From an uncultured Clostridia bacterium (lineage in GTDB: Bacteria; Bacillota; Clostridia; Christensenellales; CALMFG01), in assembly GCA_937863465.1 (NCBI GenBank), contig CALMFG010000188.1:1-43255 (forward strand): DNA of 43,255 nucleotides. Reading direction: 5' to 3'. Numbering within the stretch: the stretch's first letter is position 1; the number at the start of each line of letters is the position of its first letter. The notes under the pieces were generated by a model. It saw only the letters and a program-made list of their open reading frames with translations. It did no database searches and was not told where the DNA came from. A program made the position numbers and the translations under genes. Positions 9,959-19,128 of this stretch are shown here, one piece after another.

Positions 9959-10031
9959 GATGCGTAAGACGCGTATGCGTATGCGCATTTTTTAATCCCT
10001 GAGACTATAATTTTTAAAGGTTTTTAAATAT

Positions 10032-11408
10032 ATGAACAACGCAAAGAATTCTGCATTAAAGCTGGGCGAAATGCCCATCCCCAAACTGGTGCTCACCATG
10101 AGCGGACCGGCCATTGTTTCGATGATGGTGCAGTCGCTCTACAACGTGGTGGACTCCATCTTTGTATCGGGGTACTCTGAGGCGGCGCTGGCCGCCGTTT
10201 CGTTGGCTTTCCCCATCCAGCAGGTGATCATCGCCATGTCGGTCGGCATGGGTGTCGGCGTCAATTCGATGATCTCACGAAAATTGGGCGCCAAGGACCT
10301 GAAAGGCGCATCCAACGCGGCCGAACACGGTATCTTCCTGCTGGCGATTATGAGTGTGCTGTTCGCTTTTTTGGGGAGCTATACATCCGGATTTTTCTTC
10401 GGAATTTTCACTGCCGACAAACAGCTGATTGAATACGGAACGACCTATATCGGCATCATCATGACCTATTCGGTGGGCCGCATGATGAGCGCGGCGTTTA
10501 TGAGCATCCTCCAGGGCTCGGGCGATATGAAACTGCCGATGATTGGGCAGCTGATCGGCGCGGTGACCAATATCATCCTGGACCCCATTCTGATTTTCGG
10601 CCATATCGGCAGTGTTAACTTCTGCGAGCCCATGGGCGTGGCTGGCGCGGCGATTGCGACAGTCATCGGTCAGACGTCAACCTTTGTCTTCTTGGCCATC
10701 GCGTTCTTCTCGCGGGAGCATGTGGTCAAGTTGGACCTGAAAAACTTTCGTCCCAACGGCGAAATATTGGGCGGTATCCTGCGCGTAGCGCTTCCGGCCA
10801 TGGTGGCACAGGCGATTATCTCGGTCATGGTGGTCGGCATCAACAAGGTCATGGCGATTTTCAATTTTGCGGCGGTGACGGCTTTCGGCGTATACGTGAA
10901 AATTCAGTCGATGATTTTCATGCCGATTTTCGGACTCAACGCGGGCATCATGCCCATCTGCGGCTACGCTTACGGCGCGGACAACAAGAAGCGCTTCACT
11001 CAGGCGGTTAAGGTGGGATGGTACTTTGCAATCGCCATCACACTCCTCGGCTTCGTTTTGTTCCAGACCATCCCGGCGATTTTGTTCAGCATCTTCACGC
11101 TGTCCGACGAAGTGCTCGGCATCGCGATGTCCACCATGCGCATCATGGCGTTCGGCATGCCGCTTGCGGCCAGCATCTTTGTACTGTCGGCGCCGCTTCA
11201 GGCGATTGGCAAGTCATATATCACGATGATCAGCAATTTTCTGCGGGGCATCGTCCTGATACTGCCCCTGCTGTACCTGTTCAGCCGCTGGCTGGGCGTC
11301 TATTATGGTTGGATTGCGGGACCGATATCAGACCTGCTGACACTGGTCTTTATCGGTTTCTCATATATGCACATTATGAAGAAGTGGGATTATTTACACG
11401 GGAGGTAA
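10032..11408 (+). CDS. MATE-family efflux transporter
   Basis: LYNVVDSIFV, NIILDPILIFG and MGVAGAAIATVI motifs; 458 aa, polytopic. Confidence 0.93.
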   Translation: MNNAKNSALKLGEMPIPKLVLTMSGPAIVSMMVQSLYNVVDSIFVSGYSEAALAAVSLAFPIQQVIIAMSVGMGVGVNSMISRKLGAKDLKGASNAAEHGIFLLAIMSVLFAFLGSYTSGFFFGIFTADKQLIEYGTTYIGIIMTYSVGRMMSAAFMSILQGSGDMKLPMIGQLIGAVTNIILDPILIFGHIGSVNFCEPMGVAGAAIATVIGQTSTFVFLAIAFFSREHVVKLDLKNFRPNGEILGGILRVALPAMVAQAIISVMVVGINKVMAIFNFAAVTAFGVYVKIQSMIFMPIFGLNAGIMPICGYAYGADNKKRFTQAVKVGWYFAIAITLLGFVLFQTIPAILFSIFTLSDEVLGIAMSTMRIMAFGMPLAASIFVLSAPLQAIGKSYITMISNFLRGIVLILPLLYLFSRWLGVYYGWIAGPISDLLTLVFIGFSYMHIMKKWDYLHGR

Positions 11409-11412
11409 AACC

Positions 11413-11907
11413 ATGAAAACCTGTATTGCCTTTTTTAGCAGAGACGGGAGCACCAAACTGGCCGCGGAAATTCTGGCCGAAAAGCTGAAAGCCGATTTGA
11501 TTGAGCTAATCGACCCGGTGAACTATCGCGGCGTCATCGGTTTCCTGCGCGGCGGATTCCGCGCGTCTTCCGGGGTTTCGGCCAAATTGGATGCGGAGAC
11601 GCTGAAGAAAATTGCTTCTTATGATACGGTGGTGGCCGCCACGCCGATCTGGGCGAGCAAGACCACGCCCGCGTTTAATGCCATTTTGACAGAAGCTGCG
11701 CTTTCGGGCAAAAGGTTTGTGGCGTTAACTGTGCAGGGAGACCTGAATGCTGCGGGGCACGACCAACGCGTTTCTGATATGAAAGAGAAATTGGCGGCGG
11801 CGGGCGCGGTGTTCGGCGGATGCTATCCGGTCGGCAGTGCGAAATTCGGCCGATGTGCGGATAAAGCGGACTTGGAGAAAAAGCTGGAAGGGTTTAAGAT
11901 TGAATGA
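11413..11907 (+). CDS. Flavodoxin-like protein
   Basis: FFSRDGSTK phosphate loop and TPIWA motif; GGGAGG RBS. Confidence 0.8.
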   Translation: MKTCIAFFSRDGSTKLAAEILAEKLKADLIELIDPVNYRGVIGFLRGGFRASSGVSAKLDAETLKKIASYDTVVAATPIWASKTTPAFNAILTEAALSGKRFVALTVQGDLNAAGHDQRVSDMKEKLAAAGAVFGGCYPVGSAKFGRCADKADLEKKLEGFKIE

Positions 11908-11916
11908 TGAAATTGA

Positions 11917-11951
11917 AGGACGGTCTGGTTTGTTCCGGCCGTCTTTTTTTT
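11917..11951 (+). terminator. Intrinsic terminator
   Basis: AGGACGGTC...GGCCGTCTT stem running into an 8-T tract. Confidence 0.75.
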
Positions 11952-11988
11952 GTCTGTGGTCTGGAAAGGTTTGCAATTGAGTAAAACG

Positions 11989-12798
11989 ATGAAACGGGAG
12001 ACTGTAAAACCGGTATTTTTTAAAGGCGAAACCGCTTTGCGGACTGAGGCCGAAGCGGGGTATGCCGCCAGCTTTGTGCGCTTTTCCACGCGGCATTACA
12101 GCGCCGAACCGATATCCGCGCCGGACAGGGAAGCGGTGGATGCTCTGGCGGTGCGCATCAATGCGTTTGACGACGGCATCCGAGCCGTGCCGGTATACGG
12201 CGCTGCCCCCGAACTGTTTGAATCTTTCGGCTACACCAAGTTGTCAGGGGTTCCAGCTTTTCTGGCGATTCTGGGGAAGAGAGAAAAATTCGCCGATGTG
12301 AAAGCGGGATTCTACGGCGAGGCGCTTTGTCTGGCTTTGACCCGCCGGAATTTGAAAACCTGCTGGGTATCGGGTTCTATAAAAAAGCAAATGCTGAAAG
12401 AATATATTGAGATATCCCGGGATGAGCGGTTTTTAACATCCATTGTTTTTGGGTATGGCGAAAATCGAACGCCCGAAGCCATCGCCGAACGCCGGAAGCG
12501 AAAACCGCTGGACAGGATATTCGCGGGCGAGCTGACCGATGAACGAACCCGCAAGCTCATGACGTGCGTGCAGAATGCGCCCTCGGCGATCAACAGACAG
12601 CCATGGCAGTATGCCAAAGAGAGCGGTTGCTTGGCAGTGCGCAAGCCGGTGATTCCGGGCGGGCCCTTTCCCGAAGCGCTGGATATCGGCATCTCGATGC
12701 TGCACGCAACTTTTGCTGGCGAGGCGCTGGGCATGGCGGGCGTGTGGAAAAAAGCCGACGGCGGGAATCTGGCTGTGTTTTCGATGTCCGCAGTTTGA
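11989..12798 (+). CDS. Nitroreductase-family protein (start uncertain)
   Basis: R.STRHY, TCWV and APSAINRQPW motifs; ATG 11989 or a downstream TTG is more likely than 11950, which lies in the terminator. Confidence 0.75.
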   Translation: MKRETVKPVFFKGETALRTEAEAGYAASFVRFSTRHYSAEPISAPDREAVDALAVRINAFDDGIRAVPVYGAAPELFESFGYTKLSGVPAFLAILGKREKFADVKAGFYGEALCLALTRRNLKTCWVSGSIKKQMLKEYIEISRDERFLTSIVFGYGENRTPEAIAERRKRKPLDRIFAGELTDERTRKLMTCVQNAPSAINRQPWQYAKESGCLAVRKPVIPGGPFPEALDIGISMLHATFAGEALGMAGVWKKADGGNLAVFSMSAV

Positions 12799-12823
12799 AA
12801 ATATCGAAAGAATATGATATTCT
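12795..12823 (+). promoter_or_regulatory. Putative sigma-A promoter with palindrome over the -10
   Basis: TTGAAA-17 bp-TATTCT with extended TG; AGAATAT-G-ATATTCT at 12809-12823. Confidence 0.55.
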
Positions 12824-12862
12824 ATCAGCGTTGCAGAATAATGAATTAAAGGGAAAACATCT

Positions 12863-13411
12863 TTGAAAGACTCGATCGATTACCTGTTAAGGTTTCTGTT
12901 CTATATTATCGGGAAACTCCTGCTGCTGTTGGTGGTGGCCACGCTGTTGGTGTTCAGCTTTATGGCCGCCAAGGATTACATGAACATCAATGTTCTGATT
13001 TCGGACGGCTTGAAGGAGCGCGCCAGCGTGGTTCTGGAAGGGGAAGACACCGCCAGCTTGTCACAGATTTTCAGTGAAGCGTATTTGGAGAAAGACGACC
13101 GTCTGGATGACGACACATACAACGGCTATGTCATCCGCTCATACCTGCAGGATATCGATATCGGATTTAAGCTGATTATGCCCTGGCAGCAGAAGGTTTC
13201 GGTGCGCGTCTCCGAGACCATCACGCATATCGACGGCGAACTGCCCGAAGACAGCCAGACCGAAGACATGACCGAAGCGGACATTGCGCCGCCAGAATGG
13301 GATGGCGCGGTGTATATGGTGACTTTGGAGCGCAGCGAGACCGCGTGGCATATCACCAACATGGAACGTATCGGGGATGCCTATGCGTCTTCAGCGACGG
13401 CAACCGAATAA
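12863..13411 (+). CDS. Hypothetical membrane-anchored acidic protein
   Basis: TTG start after AAAGGG; N-terminal hydrophobic helix, acidic soluble domain; fills the intergenic space. Confidence 0.75.
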   Translation: MKDSIDYLLRFLFYIIGKLLLLLVVATLLVFSFMAAKDYMNINVLISDGLKERASVVLEGEDTASLSQIFSEAYLEKDDRLDDDTYNGYVIRSYLQDIDIGFKLIMPWQQKVSVRVSETITHIDGELPEDSQTEDMTEADIAPPEWDGAVYMVTLERSETAWHITNMERIGDAYASSATATE

Positions 13412-13470
13412 ATGGAGAATTGTATCAGTCATGGGAAAAAACCGTGGCTGATTTATATTGCGGGGGAAAG

Positions 13471-14460
13471 ATGGATTTAAAGCAGGCGATGCAGGGCAAG
13501 GTGCTGCTGGCGCCGATGGCGGGTGTGACCGACCGCGCGTTTCGCGGTATCTGCAAGTCGATGGGCGCGGATTTGACCTATACCGAGATGGTCAGTGCCA
13601 AAGCACTGCAATTTAAAAACATCAAAACCAAAAGACTGCTGGATATCGGTGAAATCGAAAAACCGGCGGGTGTACAGCTCTTTGGCAGCGAGCCCGATGT
13701 CGTCGCGGATATGGCGGCGATGATTGCCGAAAGCTATGCGGGTGACATTTTTTTGATCGATATCAATATGGGCTGTCCTGCGCCCAAGATTGTGAACAAC
13801 GGCGAAGGCTGTGCGCTGATGAAAAATCCGGCGCTGGCCGCGCGGATGGTGCGGCGCGTGAAGGACAGCGTGAGTCTGCCGGTGACGGTCAAAATTCGCA
13901 AAGGATTTTCGACGGATACCGTAAACGCCGTGGATTTTGCAAAAACATGCGCAGACAGCGGCGCCGATATGGTGACCGTGCATGGGCGCACGCGGGAGCA
14001 GTATTATTCGGGGAAAGCCGACTGGGAAATCATCCGGCAGGTCAAGCGCGCGCTGGATATTCCGGTGGTCGGCAACGGAGACATCTTTTCGGCGGCGGAC
14101 GCCAAGCGCATGTTTGAGGAGACCGGCGTGGATGCCGTGATGGCGGCGCGTGGCGCGCTGGGCAACCCGTTTCTGTTTCGGGAGATTCAGCACCTCTTAA
14201 AAACCGGCGAAGCGATGCCCGAACCGGATGCGGCCGAACGCATGGAAACCCTGATGCGGCAGGCGGCCGAAACCGTGGCGCAGAAGGGTGAAAAAACCGC
14301 GGTGGTCCAGCTCCGTAAGCATGCGGCTTGGTATATCAAGGGACTTAGAGGCGCCAAGGTTTACCGCGAAGCGCTGGTGCGCGTCAACAGCTTACGCGAA
14401 CTGGAAGATATTGCGCGGGAAATAATCGCCGAATCGTCTCGAAGTCGTGCGGAATTTTGA
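13471..14460 (+). CDS. dusB: tRNA-dihydrouridine synthase B
   Basis: LAPMAGVTD, TEMVSA, DINMGCP, VHGRT and GNGDI motifs; ATG 13471 after GGGGGA. Confidence 0.93.
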   Translation: MDLKQAMQGKVLLAPMAGVTDRAFRGICKSMGADLTYTEMVSAKALQFKNIKTKRLLDIGEIEKPAGVQLFGSEPDVVADMAAMIAESYAGDIFLIDINMGCPAPKIVNNGEGCALMKNPALAARMVRRVKDSVSLPVTVKIRKGFSTDTVNAVDFAKTCADSGADMVTVHGRTREQYYSGKADWEIIRQVKRALDIPVVGNGDIFSAADAKRMFEETGVDAVMAARGALGNPFLFREIQHLLKTGEAMPEPDAAERMETLMRQAAETVAQKGEKTAVVQLRKHAAWYIKGLRGAKVYREALVRVNSLRELEDIAREIIAESSRSRAEF

Positions 14461-14516
14461 TAGTTTTTGCTAAAGAAAGTCCTTATAATCTTGTGTATTG
14501 TGAAAAATAAAACAAA

Positions 14517-15422
14517 ATGCCGATGATAAAACAGGAAAACGCCACATCCCATGGCCTGAATAAAACACGAAAATCGTTTGCCGAAAAGTTTGCCGCGCTG
14601 ACGTCGGCTTTCAAGCGCGTGGATGAGAATTTTTTGGAGGAGCTCGAAGAAATCCTGATTCTCTCAGATATGGGCGTGGAAACATCCGCCTATCTCATCG
14701 GCGCTTTGCGGAGCAAGGTGAAGCAGGAGGGCATCGAAAAGCCCGAAGCGATTCGTTCGGCGCTGACCGATATCATTGCCGAGCTTTTGGCGGGAGACGC
14801 GCCGAATTATGAAAGCCCGACCGTGATGCTGATTGTGGGCGTCAACGGCGTGGGCAAAACCACAGCCATCGGGAAGCTGGCACATCGGTTTAAGACCCAG
14901 GGCAAGCAGGTGGTTCTCGCGGCAGGCGATACCTTCCGCGCGGCGGCCGGCGAACAGTTGGCCAAATGGGGGAAGAACGCGAATGTACCCGTGGTGAAGC
15001 ACCACGAGGGCACCGACCCGGGCGCGGTGGTGTTTGACGCGGTACAGTCGGCCAAGGCCAAAAACGCGGATTTCCTGATCTGCGACACGGCGGGGAGACT
15101 GCACAACAAGCAGAACCTGATGGAAGAACTGGAGAAAATCGACCGCGTTATCGGCAAATCGTGGCCCGAAGCGCACCGCACGAATTACCTCGTGGTGGAT
15201 GCGGCCACCGGCCAGAACGCGCTGGTTCAAGCCAAAGCTTTTATGGAAAGCGTTAAGATTGACGGCATCATCCTAACCAAGCTGGACGGAACGGCCAAGG
15301 GCGGGATGGCGTGCGCCATCAAGAAAACGCTGGGTATCCCGGTCGTCTATATCGGCGTGGGAGAGAAGATGGAAGACCTGATTCCGTTTGATGCAGACGA
15401 ATTCGCAAGCGGACTGCTGTAG
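14517..15422 (+). CDS. ftsY: SRP receptor FtsY (NG domain only)
   Basis: GLNKTR, GVNGVGKTT, DTFRAAA, DTAGRL and TKLDGTAKGG motifs. Confidence 0.96.
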   Translation: MPMIKQENATSHGLNKTRKSFAEKFAALTSAFKRVDENFLEELEEILILSDMGVETSAYLIGALRSKVKQEGIEKPEAIRSALTDIIAELLAGDAPNYESPTVMLIVGVNGVGKTTAIGKLAHRFKTQGKQVVLAAGDTFRAAAGEQLAKWGKNANVPVVKHHEGTDPGAVVFDAVQSAKAKNADFLICDTAGRLHNKQNLMEELEKIDRVIGKSWPEAHRTNYLVVDAATGQNALVQAKAFMESVKIDGIILTKLDGTAKGGMACAIKKTLGIPVVYIGVGEKMEDLIPFDADEFASGLL

Positions 15423-15518
15423 GCGGCTTACGGGAGATATGCCCTTGTAAAAAAGCCTGATTCGGTATAAAGTATTGCGTATAGATGGGTTTATTCTTTA
15501 GGATTGGAAGCGGAGCAC

Positions 15519-15797
15519 ATGATTGAAATCATCATCGGCGCGGTGGTGGGCATCGTCTTTGGCATCATACAGGTTCTGATTTTAACCCGTGTGGTGGAAG
15601 CGGTGACCGGCACCGGCAACGCGAAACCGGGCGGATTCATCTGGATTGTCCCGCAGTTTCTGGTGACGGTAGCGGCGTTTGCGGCTTTGGGGTTCTATTC
15701 CAATAAAGCACTGCTGGCGGCGGCCGGGGGTTTAATCATCGCTACATTTGTGGTCTGGATGATACGGTCGAATAAACCTTCAGGAAAGGAAGAATAG
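15519..15797 (+). CDS. Small membrane protein, probable AtpI-like first gene of the atp operon
   Basis: Hydrophobic 92-aa ORF ending 1 bp before atpB; call rests mainly on position. Confidence 0.55.
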   Translation: MIEIIIGAVVGIVFGIIQVLILTRVVEAVTGTGNAKPGGFIWIVPQFLVTVAAFAALGFYSNKALLAAAGGLIIATFVVWMIRSNKPSGKEE

Positions 15798-15798
15798 T

Positions 15799-16482
15799 AT
15801 GGGTTCAGGTTTTTCTGTTGAGATTAACCCCACGCGATACAATATTCTGGGGCTGGATATCGGCGTTACGGTCATTACAGCATACTGCGTCAGTCTGGCG
15901 TTGCTGATATTCGGTCTGATTGTACGCTTTGTCCTGGTGCCCAGATTCAAGGATCAACCCAGAAAGATCCAAAACATCCTTGAACTGATTGTGGAAAGCA
16001 TCAATAAGTTCTCCACGAATACGGCGGGGGAATATGGCAGCAAGCTGGCGGCATACGGACTGACGCTGGCGTTTTTCCTGGTGGTGTCCGGCTTATTGGA
16101 GCTCATCACCATCCGTGTACCTGGAACGGATATCAATTTTACCATCGCGATTTCCCTGATGAGTTTTATCATCATCAACGTCATGGGACTGATGGAAAAG
16201 GGTATCTGGGGCAGAATAAAGCATTACTTAAAGCCAAACCCGATTATCGGATTCTTTCGTCTGGTATCGGATTTGATGATCCCCGTTTCGCTCGCCTGCC
16301 GGATGTTCGGCAATCTGCTTTCGGGACTGGTCATCATGGAACTGGTTTACTTCGCGATGGGCAATTTCGCCGTGGGCATACCGGCGGCCTTAAGTGTGTT
16401 CTTCACCCTCTTCCATGTGCTGATGCAGACCTACGTGTTCCTGATGCTGACCTTCTCGTTTGTGCATGAGGCGACCGAGTAG
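15799..16482 (+). CDS. atpB: ATP synthase F0 subunit a
   Basis: QNILE, SLACRMFGN (essential Arg) and QTYVF motifs. Confidence 0.95.
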   Translation: MGSGFSVEINPTRYNILGLDIGVTVITAYCVSLALLIFGLIVRFVLVPRFKDQPRKIQNILELIVESINKFSTNTAGEYGSKLAAYGLTLAFFLVVSGLLELITIRVPGTDINFTIAISLMSFIIINVMGLMEKGIWGRIKHYLKPNPIIGFFRLVSDLMIPVSLACRMFGNLLSGLVIMELVYFAMGNFAVGIPAALSVFFTLFHVLMQTYVFLMLTFSFVHEATE

Positions 16483-16557
16483 GCAATATATAACGAAACT
16501 GACTGCCGGAAGGCAGTGAAAATAAACGTGAATTTTAATTTTTGGAGGATATGATAG

Positions 16558-16776
16558 ATGGACGGATTAGTTGCAATTGGTGCAGGTATTGCGGTTTTGA
16601 CCGGTTTCGGCGCAGGTATTGGTATCGGTGTGGCCACATCCAAGGCATGTGAAGCGATTGCGCGTCAGCCTGAAGCGATGGGCAAAATCACTTCGACGCT
16701 GCTCTTGGGTTTGGCGCTGGCCGAATCCACCGCGCTGTATGGATTTGTTATCTCCATCATGATGATTTTCAAATAG
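16558..16776 (+). CDS. atpE: ATP synthase F0 subunit c
   Basis: GxGxGxG helix, RQPE loop, AESTALY carboxylate site; GGAGG RBS. Confidence 0.97.
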   Translation: MDGLVAIGAGIAVLTGFGAGIGIGVATSKACEAIARQPEAMGKITSTLLLGLALAESTALYGFVISIMMIFK

Positions 16777-16833
16777 AAGAGCATCGGGATAATCGGGTAA
16801 GTTTTTTAGAAAACGTTTGGAAGGTATACGCAT

Positions 16834-17310
16834 ATGGAAATACATTGGCAGGATATCATACTTCACGCAGTCAATATCGTCATACTGTTTGTTGGTCTGC
16901 GTATGCTGCTCTACAAACCAATCAACAAGTTTTTACAGGCGCGGGAAGCGCGGTTTGAGGGCAGAATTTCGGATATCGAACAGAAGGAAGCCGAGGCTGC
17001 CAAGCATAAGCAGGAGTATGATGCGCTTCTTAGCAGGGCGCACAGCGACGCGGCTGAGATTATCAAGCACTCGTCTGATTTGGCCAAAGACCACGCCAAG
17101 GAAGTGGTCACCAAAGCGGAAGACCAAAGCCGCGATATGATTTCGCGCGCCAAAAAAGATATCGAGAACAAAAAGCTTCAGGAGAAGGAAAACCTGAAAA
17201 CCGAGATCACCAATATGGCGGTTCAGATTGCGGGCAAAGTTCTCCAGCGTGAAGTGACCATGGACGACAACAAGAAAATCATTGATGATTTCTTTACAAA
17301 GGTGGGCTAG
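16834..17310 (+). CDS. atpF: ATP synthase F0 subunit b
   Basis: N-terminal TM helix, LYKPI motif, long charged coiled coil, AVQIAGKVL near the C-terminus. Confidence 0.92.
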   Translation: MEIHWQDIILHAVNIVILFVGLRMLLYKPINKFLQAREARFEGRISDIEQKEAEAAKHKQEYDALLSRAHSDAAEIIKHSSDLAKDHAKEVVTKAEDQSRDMISRAKKDIENKKLQEKENLKTEITNMAVQIAGKVLQREVTMDDNKKIIDDFFTKVG

Positions 17311-17313
17311 AAG

Positions 17314-19128
17314 GTGAGCATTAAGGGAAGATTGAGAACGGCGGTAGATTTCGACGAAACCTCCATCGCGTCCATCAAACAGCAGTTTGAAGAGATGGTC
17401 GGGGAGCCTATCGATTTCTCTGTCGATAAAGACCCGAATATAATCGGCGGGTTTATCGTATATGTCAAAAACAAAGTATACGATCGGAGCATAAAGACTC
17501 ATCTGGATGAGATTAAAAAATACATTCAGGAGGTCTATGAAACGCCATATAAGGATGACGAATACGTGGAAAGTGGATTTGAGCTGAACGCCGAAGCGTT
17601 TGGTAAAATCACCAAAGAACGCATCTACGAATATGAAGAAGACCGCACAAAGAAGGATGTGGGAATGGTCACATTCAGCGGCGACGGCGTGGTGCAGGTC
17701 AAGGGTCTTGACAACTGCAAATACGGCGAGCTCTTGCAGTTCCAGAACAATGCTTTTGGCATCGTCATGAATCTGGACAAAGAGAAAGTCGGCGCGGTTC
17801 TTTTAAGCGCGGCCAGCGAAGTGGCCGAAGGTTCGCCCGTCCGAAACACCGGCAATGTGGTTCAGGTGCCCGTGGGAGACAAGTTGCTCGGGCGCGTCAT
17901 CAACCCCATCGGTATTGCGATGGACGACAAAGGCAAGCTGCACATCGAGCGGCATCGGACGATTGAACATGAAGCACCGAGCATCATCGACCGTCAGGCG
18001 GTTCGTGAACCTCTGGAAACCGGCATTATGGCTGTGGATGCGATGATTCCCATCGGCAAAGGCCAGCGCGAGCTGATTATCGGCGACCGCCAGACCGGCA
18101 AAACGGCGATTGCGATTGATACCATCATCAACCAGCGCGGCAAGGACGTCATCTGCGTCTATGTGGCCATCGGCCAAAAGGCCAGCACGGTGGCCAGCAT
18201 CATCAGCACGCTGGACGAAGCCGGCGCGATGGACTATTCGGTCGTGGTGGTTTCCACAGCTTCCGACTCGGCGCCGATGCAGTATATTGCGCCCTATTCG
18301 GGTTGTGCGATTGCTGAAGAATTTATGGATAAGGGCAAGGATGTACTGATCGTCTATGACGATCTTTCGAAGCACGCGGTAGCCTACCGCACCATGTCCC
18401 TGCTGCTCCGCCGTCCGCCGGGACGCGAAGCTTACCCGGGCGACGTTTTCTATCTGCATTCCAGACTGCTGGAACGTGCGGCCAGAATCAGCGACACCAA
18501 AGGCGGCGGATCCATCACCGCTCTGCCGATTATCGAAACCATGAGCGGCGATATTTCGGCGTATATTCCGACAAATGTTATTTCCATCACGGATGGACAG
18601 ATATATCTGGAAAGCGAGCTGTTTAACGCGGGCGTTCGTCCGGCCATCAACGTGGGACTTTCGGTTTCTCGCGTAGGCGGTTCGGCGCAGACTAAGGCAA
18701 CCAAAGCGGTGGCGCATCGTTTGCGTCTGGATTTGGCACAGTTCCGCGAACTGGCGGTTTTTGCCCAGTTCGCATCCGACTTGGACAAGGCCACACAGGA
18801 CAGCCTGTCGCATGGCGTGCGGCTGACCGAAGTGCTGAAGCAGGGACAGTTTAGACCGATTCCGATGTCCACGCAGGTCATGATGCTGTATGCCGTGGTC
18901 AACAAGCTTTTAAAAGATGTGCCCATTGAGCATATTCGGACACTGATGCCCGAACTCATCGACCATATTGACGCCAATTATCCGGGCGTTCGCATGGAGA
19001 TTGAGAAGACCAAAGATTTGCCTGAGAACGTCGCCAAGCTGATTGAGCGGGCGACCAGCGAATATGTGCCGATTTTCTTCAAACTGCACAACATCACGCC
19101 GCCTGAAAAAGAGGGTGAATCCGCATGA
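17314..19128 (+). CDS. atpA: ATP synthase F1 alpha with N-terminal fused delta (AtpH) C-terminal domain
   Basis: GDRQTGKT and PPGREAYPGDVFYLHSRLLER; the first ~72 aa (TAV...VDKDPNIIGGFIV...VYDRSIKTHL) resemble the delta/OSCP C-domain. Confidence 0.95.
   Translation: MSIKGRLRTAVDFDETSIASIKQQFEEMVGEPIDFSVDKDPNIIGGFIVYVKNKVYDRSIKTHLDEIKKYIQEVYETPYKDDEYVESGFELNAEAFGKITKERIYEYEEDRTKKDVGMVTFSGDGVVQVKGLDNCKYGELLQFQNNAFGIVMNLDKEKVGAVLLSAASEVAEGSPVRNTGNVVQVPVGDKLLGRVINPIGIAMDDKGKLHIERHRTIEHEAPSIIDRQAVREPLETGIMAVDAMIPIGKGQRELIIGDRQTGKTAIAIDTIINQRGKDVICVYVAIGQKASTVASIISTLDEAGAMDYSVVVVSTASDSAPMQYIAPYSGCAIAEEFMDKGKDVLIVYDDLSKHAVAYRTMSLLLRRPPGREAYPGDVFYLHSRLLERAARISDTKGGGSITALPIIETMSGDISAYIPTNVISITDGQIYLESELFNAGVRPAINVGLSVSRVGGSAQTKATKAVAHRLRLDLAQFRELAVFAQFASDLDKATQDSLSHGVRLTEVLKQGQFRPIPMSTQVMMLYAVVNKLLKDVPIEHIRTLMPELIDHIDANYPGVRMEIEKTKDLPENVAKLIERATSEYVPIFFKLHNITPPEKEGESA

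Noticed and set aside
14517-15422. Short FtsY without acidic A domain
   Set aside because: NG-only FtsY is normal in Gram-positive bacteria.
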